From a virus (Duplodnaviria; Caudoviricetes), in the IMG/VR virus record IMGVR_UViG_3300042507_007799, positions 1 to 42,290 of that record: a stretch of 42,290 nucleotides of DNA. One strand, written 5' to 3'. Below are positions 9,662 through 19,619 of the stretch, in pieces. Under the pieces are notes generated by a model. That model was not told where the DNA came from. It saw nothing but the letters and a program-made list of their open reading frames with translations, and searched no databases. A program made the position numbers and the translations under genes. The number at the start of each line of letters is the position of its first letter. Within the stretch, counting starts at the first letter, position 1.

Positions 9662-9682
9662 TAACCTTTTAAGGAATAAGGT

Positions 9683-12600
9683 ATGGCTATTAATGTCCCT
9701 CTTAACGCACAACTTCAAAACGCTACTCAGTTACAACAGCAGATTCAAAATGCTGTTAACTCTGTTAGAATTAATTTAGGTGGACCAAATGGTGCAAGGG
9801 CGCTTAGTTCTTTATCTCAACCTCTTGGTCGTTTAACTGGTCAAGCAGATGAGTTCACAAAGTCTCTTGATGCTGCAAATGCTCGCGTATTAGCTTTCGG
9901 CGCAAGTGTTGGTGTTGTTAATGCCGTCACAAATGCTTTCAAAAGCCTTGTTAATTCCACAATTGAAGTGGAGAAAGCTATTACTGCAATCTCTGTTGTT
10001 GGCGATCAATTCGCGGGAAAAACAAAAGAACTGAGTCAAGGACTTTTTAGTATTGCAAAAGCTACGGGTCAAAGTTTTGATGAAGTTTCTAAAGCTGCTT
10101 TGGAATTTTCAAGACAAGGTTTAGGTTTAGAAGACACTCTTCAAAGAACAAAAGACGCCCTTATATTAACTAGAACTACTGGTTTAGAAACAATAAAATC
10201 AGTTGAAGGTTTGAGTGCGGCAATTAGCGCATTTGCAAGAGAAGGTCTTTCGGCTTCTCAAGTTTTAAATAAACTTGCTGCGGTTGACCAATCTTTCAAG
10301 GTTTCTTCTGCTGATTTGATACAAGCTTTTGAAAGAACTGGCGCTGCTGCACAACAGGCTGGAGTCACATTTGATGAGTTGGCTGGTATTGTCACTGCTT
10401 TACAAGCTGATACATCTCGCGGTGGCGCTGTAATTGGAAACTCCCTTAAAACTATTTTTACACGGTTACAAGATATTGATAAACTACAAAAATTAAAAAA
10501 TGTTGGCGTCGTTGTTGAGGGTTTACAAGGTCAAATCCTTCCCGTTACACAGATTTTAAAAAATCTTGCGACTGATATTCAAGGTTTTGATAAAATAACC
10601 CAAGCTGGCATTTTTAAAGATGTGGCTGGCACATTTCAAATCAACCAATTAATTTCCTTACTTGGAGATTTGGCCAAAAAGCAGAGCGTTTCTGCCGATG
10701 CAACAAAAAAATCGGCTGGCGCAACAAATGAAGCTTATATTGCTAACGAGAAATTAAATCAATCTTTAGATGCTATTCTTAATAAAGTAGCCACAACTGG
10801 CAAACAATTAGGAAGCTTATTAGGAGAACTGGGATTAACCGATAACCTCAAAGGTCTTTTAGATGGAATTAATTCTTTCTTGGAAGGCGCGAATAATCTT
10901 TTACAAGGAGATGATATTGGCTCAAGATTTGCCAAAGGTTTTGTTAAAGGTATTGGTGCTGTGTTAAGCGGCCCTGGTCTTGGAATTTTCTTGGCAATTA
11001 TTGGTAAACTATCTCTTGATTTGGCAAAGTTTGGCGCTCAAAGTTTAAAAGCATTCTTTGGTATTGGAAAAGCTGCCGCTGATCAAAAGCTAGTGCAAGA
11101 ATCCATTGTTCAAACTTTGTTAAAAAATCAAAGTGTTTTAAGCTCTATTTTAAATACTCAGGGTGGACAAAATGCACAAGCATTAAAATTCTTAGGGCTT
11201 TTAAATCAGCAAGCCGCTGCCATGCAATCTATTCAGGGTTTAGCTGGCGGTATCGCTTCAACAGTTTATGCTGGAGGATACCGTGCAACTGCTGGTGGGT
11301 TGCAGCGCAAAGCTGCTGGTGGATATTTGCCAGCACAAGAAGCGTCAGATGTTCGCCGTGGTGTTGGTGGAGCCTCACCAAGTTCAAAAGTTGTTGCTAT
11401 TCCAAACTTTGCATTTGGTGGCGGCAAACGCGGAACAATGATTGCCAACACAAGCGAATACATTGTTCCTAATTATGCTGGTGGCGGTTCTGCCATTTTT
11501 AATCAAGATATGGTGAAAACTATGGGGCTACCTCCAGGAGCTAGGAAGATTTCTGCGGCTGGTGGGTTTATTCCTAATTTTGCAGACGCAACAAACCCTT
11601 TGGATGTTTCTCGCAAATATGCGTTAATTGTTAATAAGGCTATTTCTCCTAGAATTGGAGAAACGATTTCTTATAAACCGAAAGGTGGGGAAAGGGTTAG
11701 TTATAAGGCAAATATTTATGGTATAGATGTTAATAAAATTAAAAATAATAAAGCTTTTGAAAAATATTTTTCTTCACAAGGTTTAGTAAAAAAATATACA
11801 GATTTAGCCATTAAAGATGCTAAAAATTATTCTGAAGCTGTAGTTGGCCAACCAATTTCTCCTGTTTCAATTAATAAGTTAAGTAATGCTGGTTCTATTC
11901 CTAGTTTAGTTGGTTCGATTTTTGAAAGTGGAATTTCTGCCGCTATTCAAGACCCACAGTTAATTCAGGCTCAGTTAGAAAGAAGCCCTAATGCTCCTTT
12001 TGATTTTGTAGATGTTCCAAAATTAAATGAATTTTTCGGCGTGCCTCAAGGTGTTAGATTTATTGAAGCAAAGTACGATGCATCTAATGACGCCTTAAAT
12101 AGTTTTGCTTCAAAAATTTTTAAAAATGAATCTGGTATTACCGATGCTTTAAAGCAGCGAGTTCAAAAACTCGCTTCTGGCCGAAGATTGGAAATTAGAA
12201 ACGATGATGATATTAAAAAATTACAAACTACTTTAGCTCAATCTGGGAGTTTTAATTTTAGAGTCACTGGCACCAGAGTTTCTCCAAACACAATTCAAGC
12301 ATTTAAAAATGCTGGCGGTATTCAAGTAAATTCATCTTCTGGTTACATTCCCAACTTCGCTTCTTCCGCTCTACAGCAAGCTATTGCTCGCGAAAAAAGC
12401 GCTGGTCTTTCAGATTCACAAATCTATGTTGATCAAAGCGCTGCTTTAAAATCACCCATGAACCCAATGGGGTTAATGGTGGCTAATCGAAGAGACGAGC
12501 CTGCTGGCGGTTTCCAAGGCATCGCTCGCGCACGCAAGGAAGGCGTGAATCCAAAGCTTTATGGCGCGGCAAATGGATTTGTGCCGAATTATGTTAATTA

Positions 12601-15600
12601 TGGAGCAGGGACCATGCAGTCTGGACAAGGAACGGCGGTTCCTGCGAGTTTAGCAATTTCTAATAATTCAGCTAATCCAGCCCCAGCCCCTGATCCTAAA
12701 GTAACTAAAAGTTTTGCCGATGCTGCTGGTAAAATTTTCTTGCTTCAAAGCGCAGTTTCATTTTTAACTGGAGCAGTTGGAGATAGTGAAAGTTCTTTTG
12801 CAAAATTAACTCAACAAGTGGGTTCTACCATTGGTAATCTAACTTCTTTGGGATTATTGGGACAGCAAATCTCTCAAACTAATCCTGCTGGAAATTTCGG
12901 TAAGTTCATGAAGGGTCTTGGTTTAGCTGGAATTGGTTTTGCAGCAGTAACGGAAGGATTTAAATTAGCTGATTTTGCTATCAAAGAATTTTCTGGAGAA
13001 AATCAAAGAGCTGCATTAGCATCTGCCAAGTTAGCTGATGCTTCTGATAAGCTTTCATTAAAATTTGAATCTTTATCCAAAACCAGACAAACTGAATTAT
13101 CTACTAGGGCTTCTAAAATTTTAGGATCAGCAGGTTATGAAGGATTTTTTAATGGTATCAGCAATATTTTCCGCAGCGAAAAACTAGGCGGTGGAGATAT
13201 TGGCGCTGATCCAGAAGTGCAAAAATCTATTGCCCAGCTTTTAGCTTTAGGAGCTTCTGCGCAGCAAGTGCAAGGAGTTCTTGAAAGCGGACGAAAATTT
13301 GAAGAAGAAAAGGTCTATACTGCTGGCTTTAGCGCGGGTAATGCAAGTCAAGCATCTTATATACGCAAAACGGATGTAACACAAAAATCAGATATTTTAA
13401 ATAGTTTACAACAAGCCGCAGAAGGCGGTATTGGACAAAAATTAAGCCAACAGCTTAGTAAATTTAGAAATTCTTTGTCTTCTATAGATTTGAGCCTTCC
13501 TTCTGGAAGAGGAAAAGCTCAGACAACGGCTGCAAATATTTATGGAGTGAAAAGATTTACTGATCTAAATCCAGAACAGAAAAAATTAATTAAAGAAGAA
13601 ATTGAAGCCCAGCAAAATTTAAATAAATCAAAACAAGACGAACAAAAAGCCCAAAATGCTATTAATTTTGGTGAACGCTTATCTTTAGAGATTGCAAAAC
13701 AGAGACTTGATAGAGTTTTTGCTCTTAAGAAAATCAATGAAGAAAGTTTAACATCTCAAGAGCAGTCCTTGCAATATGAATTGGAGACTTTGGATTTATC
13801 AAATAAACAAAAGATTATTAAAGAATCTGAGTTAAAAAATCTTGAATTAGAAAGAAAGAAAAGACTAGAGATTTTAGCCGCTACAGAAGAAGTTGTCAAT
13901 AAAGCTTCTCAAGGAGGCTTAAGTGTTAATGTTGGCGATCTAGATAAATTAACTGAATTCCTTAAAGGGAATTTGGGTAAAATCGAAGGCTCGCAACTTT
14001 CTAAACAGATACAAGATACTTTTAAAATTGGTAAAGATCAGGCCGATAATTTAATTAAATCTTTAAAAGAGCAAACAGTATCTATAGAAGATAGCACTCA
14101 AGCTCAAAAAGATTTAAATAATGAACAAACAACTTTTAAGTTAAGAATTGATAATACTAATCAATCTTTACAAGATCAATTATCAACATTTCAAAGAATT
14201 GCTCAAACAGCACAATCAGTTGCTGGTTTAAATATTTCTTTTGGCAATTTAGATATTGGCAAAAATGAATCTGAAATCAGCCGTCTTCAAGCTCTCAGCA
14301 GCAATCCAAATTTGACTACCGATCAAAAAGAAAATATTGATAAACAGGTTATTAGTTTGCAAAAAGCTAATAACGAAATTAAGAAACGCAATGAATTGGA
14401 AAGTTTTCAAGCAAAGCAGGCTGAATTATCAAGCCAAATTCTTAAAGAAAGAGCTAGTCTTGAAAAGACGACAGACCAAACAAAAAAACAAGAGATAAAT
14501 AATAATATTGATGCGTTAATTAGGCAAACCAAAGAAACAGAAAATAATTTTAATGCTTCTAAAATTGCTATTGATGCCAATACCCTATCTCTAACCTTGC
14601 AAGAACAGCAGATTGGTAAAGTTATTGGCGCTTATGCATCTCTCAATAATCAGCTACTAGCTTTTCGTAGGGGCGCTGGAGAAAGAGTTGCTGGCGCACA
14701 ATTAGAGGCTCTTGGAGCAACTGACATCAATTCTCTTGCCAAAGCTGGAATCAAAACTGATGTAGAGGCAAATGCCTCTGGAATCAAAGACAATGCTGAA
14801 TACTATAAAACCATTCAAGAGCAAACTAGACTCCGCGAAATTCAATTTGATCTCGCCACTGCCGAGAGCGAAGTTCGTCGCCGCGAATTACAATATGAAT
14901 TAAAATATACTCAAGAGATCATTGATTTAAAAAACAAAGGGGCAACTGAACAAGAACTCATTGACGCTAGAAACCGCCAAATCTTAGAACAAAGAAGTGG
15001 TAGAAGAGGCTTTGAAAAAGGCTTGGATACTATTCAAGAGCGCATTGATAATTACCGCAGTACTCTTGGTGAAGAGATTCCGAACTTGTTCTCTTCTAAT
15101 CTTGCCCAAGGATTGAACGACGCAATCAGTGGTGCAAAATCTCTTAAAGAGGCTCTCACTGATGCTGCCACAAGTTTCTTCCAAGAAATTACTAGAAAAA
15201 ATATCTCTAATCTTGCTGATTTAGTAACTTCTGGTTTTGGAAGCTTTGCAAAATCGGGAGTGCAAGCATTGGGTTTTGCTTCTGGTGGTTTAATCAAAGG
15301 CGGTTCTGGCACCAAAGATGATGTGCCAGCAATGCTCATGGGCGGAGAATATGTCATGAAAAAATCCGCCGTAAATAAATACGGCAAAGGATTCCTAGAC
15401 GCTCTTAATAACGGCAAAATGCGCGGCTATGCCACTGGCGGTTTAGTTGATCCACAAACATTCCCAACACAAACTGGTCGCGGCGGATTCTTCACTCCTG
15501 GCGATTACGGTCAAGGCGCAATCACTGGCAAAAACGAACTTCTCACTTTTGCGACTCAAAGTTTTACTGGTGGTCAATACGATTACATGGGCGGCTTCGG

Positions 15601-16561
15601 CATGGGCGGAGCAACCATTGGTTTAGAATCAGAAAGCGCTCGACTCTCCTCTTTTGGCCGCGAAAACTCTCCAATGTTTGAGAGAGTTCAGCAGTCAAAA
15701 GATGAAGCATTCAAGGTTTATCTAGAAGGCTTACAAAAAGAAAAAGAATATGCTGAACTATTAGACCAAATCGCTCAAAACGAGAAAGCTCGCAAGAAGC
15801 AATTACAAGCTGCAATCATTTCAGCCGTTGTAAGTACTGCTCTTAGTGCTGTTGGAACTAGAGGTAAAACAGGGACAAAAAATTCAATCGCTGGCGCAGC
15901 AGCTTCGGCTGGCGAAGCTGGATTAAGTTTTGGGCAAAAACTTAAGGCTGGTACCAGTGGATTTTTTAAAGGAATTTTTACTTCATCTGGAAACAAACTA
16001 ACAGACGCAGCAAAAGACTATTTTAAATCAAAAACTTTAGAAAAAAATTTTAGAAATGATGGTTTCTATAATCCATATCCATCATCAAGATCAAATACAG
16101 GCTCTTTAGCTTTACCAAATAAACTAGGTAGCGTAAGTGGCATTGATTATCTTCTTCCACGAAGAGCTTCTGGTGGTTTAATTTCTGGCGGCTCTAATAT
16201 TCGTGACGATGTTCCAACAATGCTTACTGGTGGAGAGTTTGTTCTCAACAATCGCGCCACTCAACGCATTGGCCTACAAAATCTCAATAAGCTAAACAAT
16301 GGTCAATCAGTTAGCGGCGAAGGCGCTTCTGCTGAAATGACTCAAGCTTTGATTTCAAAACTTGATGAACTCATTCAAGCCACTCAAAACTCTTCCAGCG
16401 AAAACGTTGTGGTCAATGTTTCCTCGAATGAAACTGGCGGACAAAACCAAGAAAATCCTGCTGGAGCAGAAAAAGAATTGCACAAGAAAATCCGCCAAGC
16501 TGTACTCGATGTTATCGCTCAAGAAAAACGACTAGGAGGTTCACTTGAAAAATCACGATGA
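9683..16561 (+). CDS. Tail tape measure protein, multidomain (2292 aa)
   Basis: TP901-type core (AALEFSRQG...GAVIGNSLKTIFTRL), long coiled coils, and two copies of the lambda gpH-like C-terminal motif (ASGG...DDVP.ML.GGE.V). Confidence 0.92.
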   Translation: MAINVPLNAQLQNATQLQQQIQNAVNSVRINLGGPNGARALSSLSQPLGRLTGQADEFTKSLDAANARVLAFGASVGVVNAVTNAFKSLVNSTIEVEKAITAISVVGDQFAGKTKELSQGLFSIAKATGQSFDEVSKAALEFSRQGLGLEDTLQRTKDALILTRTTGLETIKSVEGLSAAISAFAREGLSASQVLNKLAAVDQSFKVSSADLIQAFERTGAAAQQAGVTFDELAGIVTALQADTSRGGAVIGNSLKTIFTRLQDIDKLQKLKNVGVVVEGLQGQILPVTQILKNLATDIQGFDKITQAGIFKDVAGTFQINQLISLLGDLAKKQSVSADATKKSAGATNEAYIANEKLNQSLDAILNKVATTGKQLGSLLGELGLTDNLKGLLDGINSFLEGANNLLQGDDIGSRFAKGFVKGIGAVLSGPGLGIFLAIIGKLSLDLAKFGAQSLKAFFGIGKAAADQKLVQESIVQTLLKNQSVLSSILNTQGGQNAQALKFLGLLNQQAAAMQSIQGLAGGIASTVYAGGYRATAGGLQRKAAGGYLPAQEASDVRRGVGGASPSSKVVAIPNFAFGGGKRGTMIANTSEYIVPNYAGGGSAIFNQDMVKTMGLPPGARKISAAGGFIPNFADATNPLDVSRKYALIVNKAISPRIGETISYKPKGGERVSYKANIYGIDVNKIKNNKAFEKYFSSQGLVKKYTDLAIKDAKNYSEAVVGQPISPVSINKLSNAGSIPSLVGSIFESGISAAIQDPQLIQAQLERSPNAPFDFVDVPKLNEFFGVPQGVRFIEAKYDASNDALNSFASKIFKNESGITDALKQRVQKLASGRRLEIRNDDDIKKLQTTLAQSGSFNFRVTGTRVSPNTIQAFKNAGGIQVNSSSGYIPNFASSALQQAIAREKSAGLSDSQIYVDQSAALKSPMNPMGLMVANRRDEPAGGFQGIARARKEGVNPKLYGAANGFVPNYVNYGAGTMQSGQGTAVPASLAISNNSANPAPAPDPKVTKSFADAAGKIFLLQSAVSFLTGAVGDSESSFAKLTQQVGSTIGNLTSLGLLGQQISQTNPAGNFGKFMKGLGLAGIGFAAVTEGFKLADFAIKEFSGENQRAALASAKLADASDKLSLKFESLSKTRQTELSTRASKILGSAGYEGFFNGISNIFRSEKLGGGDIGADPEVQKSIAQLLALGASAQQVQGVLESGRKFEEEKVYTAGFSAGNASQASYIRKTDVTQKSDILNSLQQAAEGGIGQKLSQQLSKFRNSLSSIDLSLPSGRGKAQTTAANIYGVKRFTDLNPEQKKLIKEEIEAQQNLNKSKQDEQKAQNAINFGERLSLEIAKQRLDRVFALKKINEESLTSQEQSLQYELETLDLSNKQKIIKESELKNLELERKKRLEILAATEEVVNKASQGGLSVNVGDLDKLTEFLKGNLGKIEGSQLSKQIQDTFKIGKDQADNLIKSLKEQTVSIEDSTQAQKDLNNEQTTFKLRIDNTNQSLQDQLSTFQRIAQTAQSVAGLNISFGNLDIGKNESEISRLQALSSNPNLTTDQKENIDKQVISLQKANNEIKKRNELESFQAKQAELSSQILKERASLEKTTDQTKKQEINNNIDALIRQTKETENNFNASKIAIDANTLSLTLQEQQIGKVIGAYASLNNQLLAFRRGAGERVAGAQLEALGATDINSLAKAGIKTDVEANASGIKDNAEYYKTIQEQTRLREIQFDLATAESEVRRRELQYELKYTQEIIDLKNKGATEQELIDARNRQILEQRSGRRGFEKGLDTIQERIDNYRSTLGEEIPNLFSSNLAQGLNDAISGAKSLKEALTDAATSFFQEITRKNISNLADLVTSGFGSFAKSGVQALGFASGGLIKGGSGTKDDVPAMLMGGEYVMKKSAVNKYGKGFLDALNNGKMRGYATGGLVDPQTFPTQTGRGGFFTPGDYGQGAITGKNELLTFATQSFTGGQYDYMGGFGMGGATIGLESESARLSSFGRENSPMFERVQQSKDEAFKVYLEGLQKEKEYAELLDQIAQNEKARKKQLQAAIISAVVSTALSAVGTRGKTGTKNSIAGAAASAGEAGLSFGQKLKAGTSGFFKGIFTSSGNKLTDAAKDYFKSKTLEKNFRNDGFYNPYPSSRSNTGSLALPNKLGSVSGIDYLLPRRASGGLISGGSNIRDDVPTMLTGGEFVLNNRATQRIGLQNLNKLNNGQSVSGEGASAEMTQALISKLDELIQATQNSSSENVVVNVSSNETGGQNQENPAGAEKELHKKIRQAVLDVIAQEKRLGGSLEKSR
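15275..16305 (+). repeat. Duplicated gpH-C-like module in the tape measure (about 15275-15420 and 16163-16305)
   Basis: FASGGLIKGGSGTKDDVPAMLMGGEYV vs RASGGLISGGSNIRDDVPTMLTGGEFV. The DNA gcttctggtggtttaat is shared at 15278 and 16166. Confidence 0.85.
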
Positions 16562-17361
16562 GCACGGATCGTTCACAATCAGTTCAACCATACGATCAAG
16601 TTTTTGTGGTTAATGGCTATCAACTTTCTGGAGTTGACAGCATTAGCATTAATTATAGCGTCCCATTAGAAAACTCTTTAACATTAGGATCAACTTATGG
16701 ATACAATCTTAACAACCCTGTCCAAGCCGAAATATCTTTACAACGCAGCATGTTGTACCAAGACCCGCTTTTGGCTTTTACTGGCGATTCTAGTTTTTCT
16801 GGTAGTTTAAGTTATAATGGAAAATCTTACGGATTCACCAAAGGTTTCTTAAACCGATATGGAATTTCTTGCACGGTTGGTGAGATACCAACAATTTCTT
16901 GCAGTATTTCTGTTTATGGAGAATTAAAACCGTCGCTTGAAGTTCTAAAAACACAAGAGCATCCTAGTATTTTTATTCCAAGTCCAAGATCAATTTCTGT
17001 TTCTGGAGATAACACATCAAACAATAGAGTAAAAAGTTTCTCGTTTGAGTATTCAATTAATCGCCAGCCAATTTTCTCAATTGATAGCGCGAAAGAAGTT
17101 GATGAAGTGGTATTTTTGCCACCAGTTAATGTTTCAGCTTCTTTGACTTTTGATGCTGTTAATTTGACTCCAGAAAATGCTGATTTCTTTTTAGAAAGCG
17201 CACAAAATAAAAATTTTGACATTTCGGTTAAAGATAGAGATAATAATAATGAAATTGTTCATCTCACAATTCCAAACATTCAAGAAATTTCACAAGAACT
17301 ATCTTCTAGCTCAGATAGCTCTTTGACTATTGTTAATAATTATATAGGATTTTTAGAATGA
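16558..17361 (+). CDS. Tail-tube paralog (tube initiator / tail tip protein)
   Basis: GFLNRYGISCTVGEIPTISCSI aligns with tail tube GFITDYTLNAAVGDLPTVSVSV. Follows the tape measure. Confidence 0.6.
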   Translation: MSTDRSQSVQPYDQVFVVNGYQLSGVDSISINYSVPLENSLTLGSTYGYNLNNPVQAEISLQRSMLYQDPLLAFTGDSSFSGSLSYNGKSYGFTKGFLNRYGISCTVGEIPTISCSISVYGELKPSLEVLKTQEHPSIFIPSPRSISVSGDNTSNNRVKSFSFEYSINRQPIFSIDSAKEVDEVVFLPPVNVSASLTFDAVNLTPENADFFLESAQNKNFDISVKDRDNNNEIVHLTIPNIQEISQELSSSSDSSLTIVNNYIGFLE

Positions 17362-19619
17362 ATTTATTTTACAATAGAGACAGAAACATTACGGGAGCAA
17401 CCACTCTCCCGTCGTTTAATTTTAGCCCGAATTACGGCTCAACAATTTCTTTCTCTTGCAAAAAAAATAAGTATATGTATAACAACAATACTTTTGCGCT
17501 CATGCCAACAACATTAAATAATATTGTTGCTACTTGTGATTTTAATTTCACAGTTAATGAAAATGATGCAAAAAACATTTTAAACTTTTTTGAAAGTCAA
17601 AGCGGAACAGGAGCTTTTGCCGTTAATGATGATTCTAATGTTTATCGTCCCTTGGTTGGCTTTGCTGATGGTTTTAATGTGTCCATGACACATAATAATC
17701 AATACAATATTGCTCTTAATTTTTCAGTCGAAAGAAATTCTAGTATTCTAAACTGGAGCGGAATGTCTTTTGTAAACTATGATTTTGTTAACTGGGAAAC
17801 TGGGCAATTTTATCAAAAATATCAACCTGTTTATTTTGAAATTCAGGCTCAGAATAAATTAGTTAATTTTTATTACGTTACAGAAGATCATGTTAGTTCG
17901 GCTGATAATGCGCCACCCAATACTGGCTACTGGACACAATCTTTATTTTACGAAAATGAATTGGGACTAAGTGTTGATACAAAGCCAACAGTGTCTAGAA
18001 ATGAATTCAAGAATTCTTTCACTCAAAGAGTTAAAGACAGCGATAACATTCATGCCTTTCAAGGCTTGCAATTGACTTATAAAAATGTTTCTGATTTTAA
18101 ATTGAAGTCTTTGCTTCACTTTGTTGAAAGTTCTCTTGGTTATAAACGTTTTCAATTTAATTCGCCTAAAATTTATAATCGTCCAAAACTATTTTATGTT
18201 GATAGTTGGCAGCACTCTTGGAATTATAAAGACTCTCACACTTTAACAATTTCTATTGTTGAAGACCCTCTTGGAATTAAAACACAAGATGATATTCCTG
18301 CAATTATTATTGGTCAAAGCCCAAGTTCATCAAGCTTGTCATTTTATGCTGATCCAAAATCATCAGCTTATGTAATTGATGTTTCTGGCGTTAAAGAAGC
18401 AAAAGTGATTGGTGCGCAACAAATCAATTGGGGAAGCTATTCTCCAAAAAATTTAAAAATTTATCGCGAACTAGATCAGTTGTCTATTTATGATCAAAAC
18501 GTTCAGTCAGTCATTTTTTATCCTCGATGTGCGGTGTCTGATTGCGATCTTTCCGTAAATCAAATTACGAATGTTTCTTTTGAGGGTGGTAAAGACGTTG
18601 AGAGTTTAAACTTGCGAGCCAATAGTCTCACTTCATTTAATGCAGATGGCGTTTCTGGATTAAAGAATTTAAATTTAGAAAGCAACAATCTTTCTTCAAT
18701 TAGCATCAGTGGTTGCAATTATTTGACTGGTTTAAATTTAAATGAAAATCAAATCTCGCAAAGTAGTTTTTCAACCGCATTGGTTGATTTAGCTCTAGGC
18801 TCTGGAGTGAGTGGAAATATTTCAGTATTGGGTGATATTAGCTTTTATCAAGCGAATCCAACTCCGCAATCTGGACAAGATTATTATTGCGTTTCATCTT
18901 TAGACTATAGAAATTGGACACAATCATATAAAAATTTAACACTTCCAATTCAACCAACAGGTTTTGTGGGCAACGACGTATTTACAGTTTGGCTCAGAGA
19001 TGCTTTCTTCTCAGCGGAGACTAATGCATATTCGGCCTTGTGGCAGTCTAGCCAAGATTCTTATGAAGTTATTCAAAACTATACTCCCAATCCTTCTTGG
19101 TGGGCGTCTTTAAATTCTGATCAATTCTATAAAAGGCCAGCGTATTTATTTAATAATAGTTTATTGACTGGTGGAGCAATCAACAATACTGGAGATTATT
19201 TATCAGCTTTTGTTGTGGCAAAATTTGACAACAGTGGCGACCAATGCATTTTGAATTTTTCCTCAAGTAAAAATTATGGATTATTCTATAGCGGAGGAAC
19301 AGTTTCATTTAGAGATGGTTCAAATGTTCATATTTTAACGGGGAATGTTGGAACAGAAGATTATCGCTCCATTGGATTTATTCGCAACTCCACACATTTT
19401 ACTGGCTATTTAAATGGTGTCGTTGGCAATTCTGGAACTCTTTCTGCTAGTGATTTAAATTCAATCAAGCTTTCTGTTGGTGGAGCAGAAGGCGCAACAC
19501 CAAAATATTTTGCAGGTAACTTGGGTGAGGTTTTAGTATTTTCTCAAAATACACCATTCAATTTAGACTCTAGTTTTCATAAACCATTTAATGCTCGATT
19601 TGGAATATTTGTACCATGA
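17358..19619 (+). CDS. Distal tail protein: two lambda gpM-like domains + LRR + LamG-like domain
   Basis: FSPNYGSTI...LNNI...[12 protein letters not shown] and a second copy [16 protein letters not shown]...[15 protein letters not shown] resemble gpM. LxxLxLxxNxL repeats and GYLNG...LSVGG...[11 protein letters not shown] (LamG-like) follow. Confidence 0.65.
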   Translation: MNLFYNRDRNITGATTLPSFNFSPNYGSTISFSCKKNKYMYNNNTFALMPTTLNNIVATCDFNFTVNENDAKNILNFFESQSGTGAFAVNDDSNVYRPLVGFADGFNVSMTHNNQYNIALNFSVERNSSILNWSGMSFVNYDFVNWETGQFYQKYQPVYFEIQAQNKLVNFYYVTEDHVSSADNAPPNTGYWTQSLFYENELGLSVDTKPTVSRNEFKNSFTQRVKDSDNIHAFQGLQLTYKNVSDFKLKSLLHFVESSLGYKRFQFNSPKIYNRPKLFYVDSWQHSWNYKDSHTLTISIVEDPLGIKTQDDIPAIIIGQSPSSSSLSFYADPKSSAYVIDVSGVKEAKVIGAQQINWGSYSPKNLKIYRELDQLSIYDQNVQSVIFYPRCAVSDCDLSVNQITNVSFEGGKDVESLNLRANSLTSFNADGVSGLKNLNLESNNLSSISISGCNYLTGLNLNENQISQSSFSTALVDLALGSGVSGNISVLGDISFYQANPTPQSGQDYYCVSSLDYRNWTQSYKNLTLPIQPTGFVGNDVFTVWLRDAFFSAETNAYSALWQSSQDSYEVIQNYTPNPSWWASLNSDQFYKRPAYLFNNSLLTGGAINNTGDYLSAFVVAKFDNSGDQCILNFSSSKNYGLFYSGGTVSFRDGSNVHILTGNVGTEDYRSIGFIRNSTHFTGYLNGVVGNSGTLSASDLNSIKLSVGGAEGATPKYFAGNLGEVLVFSQNTPFNLDSSFHKPFNARFGIFVP

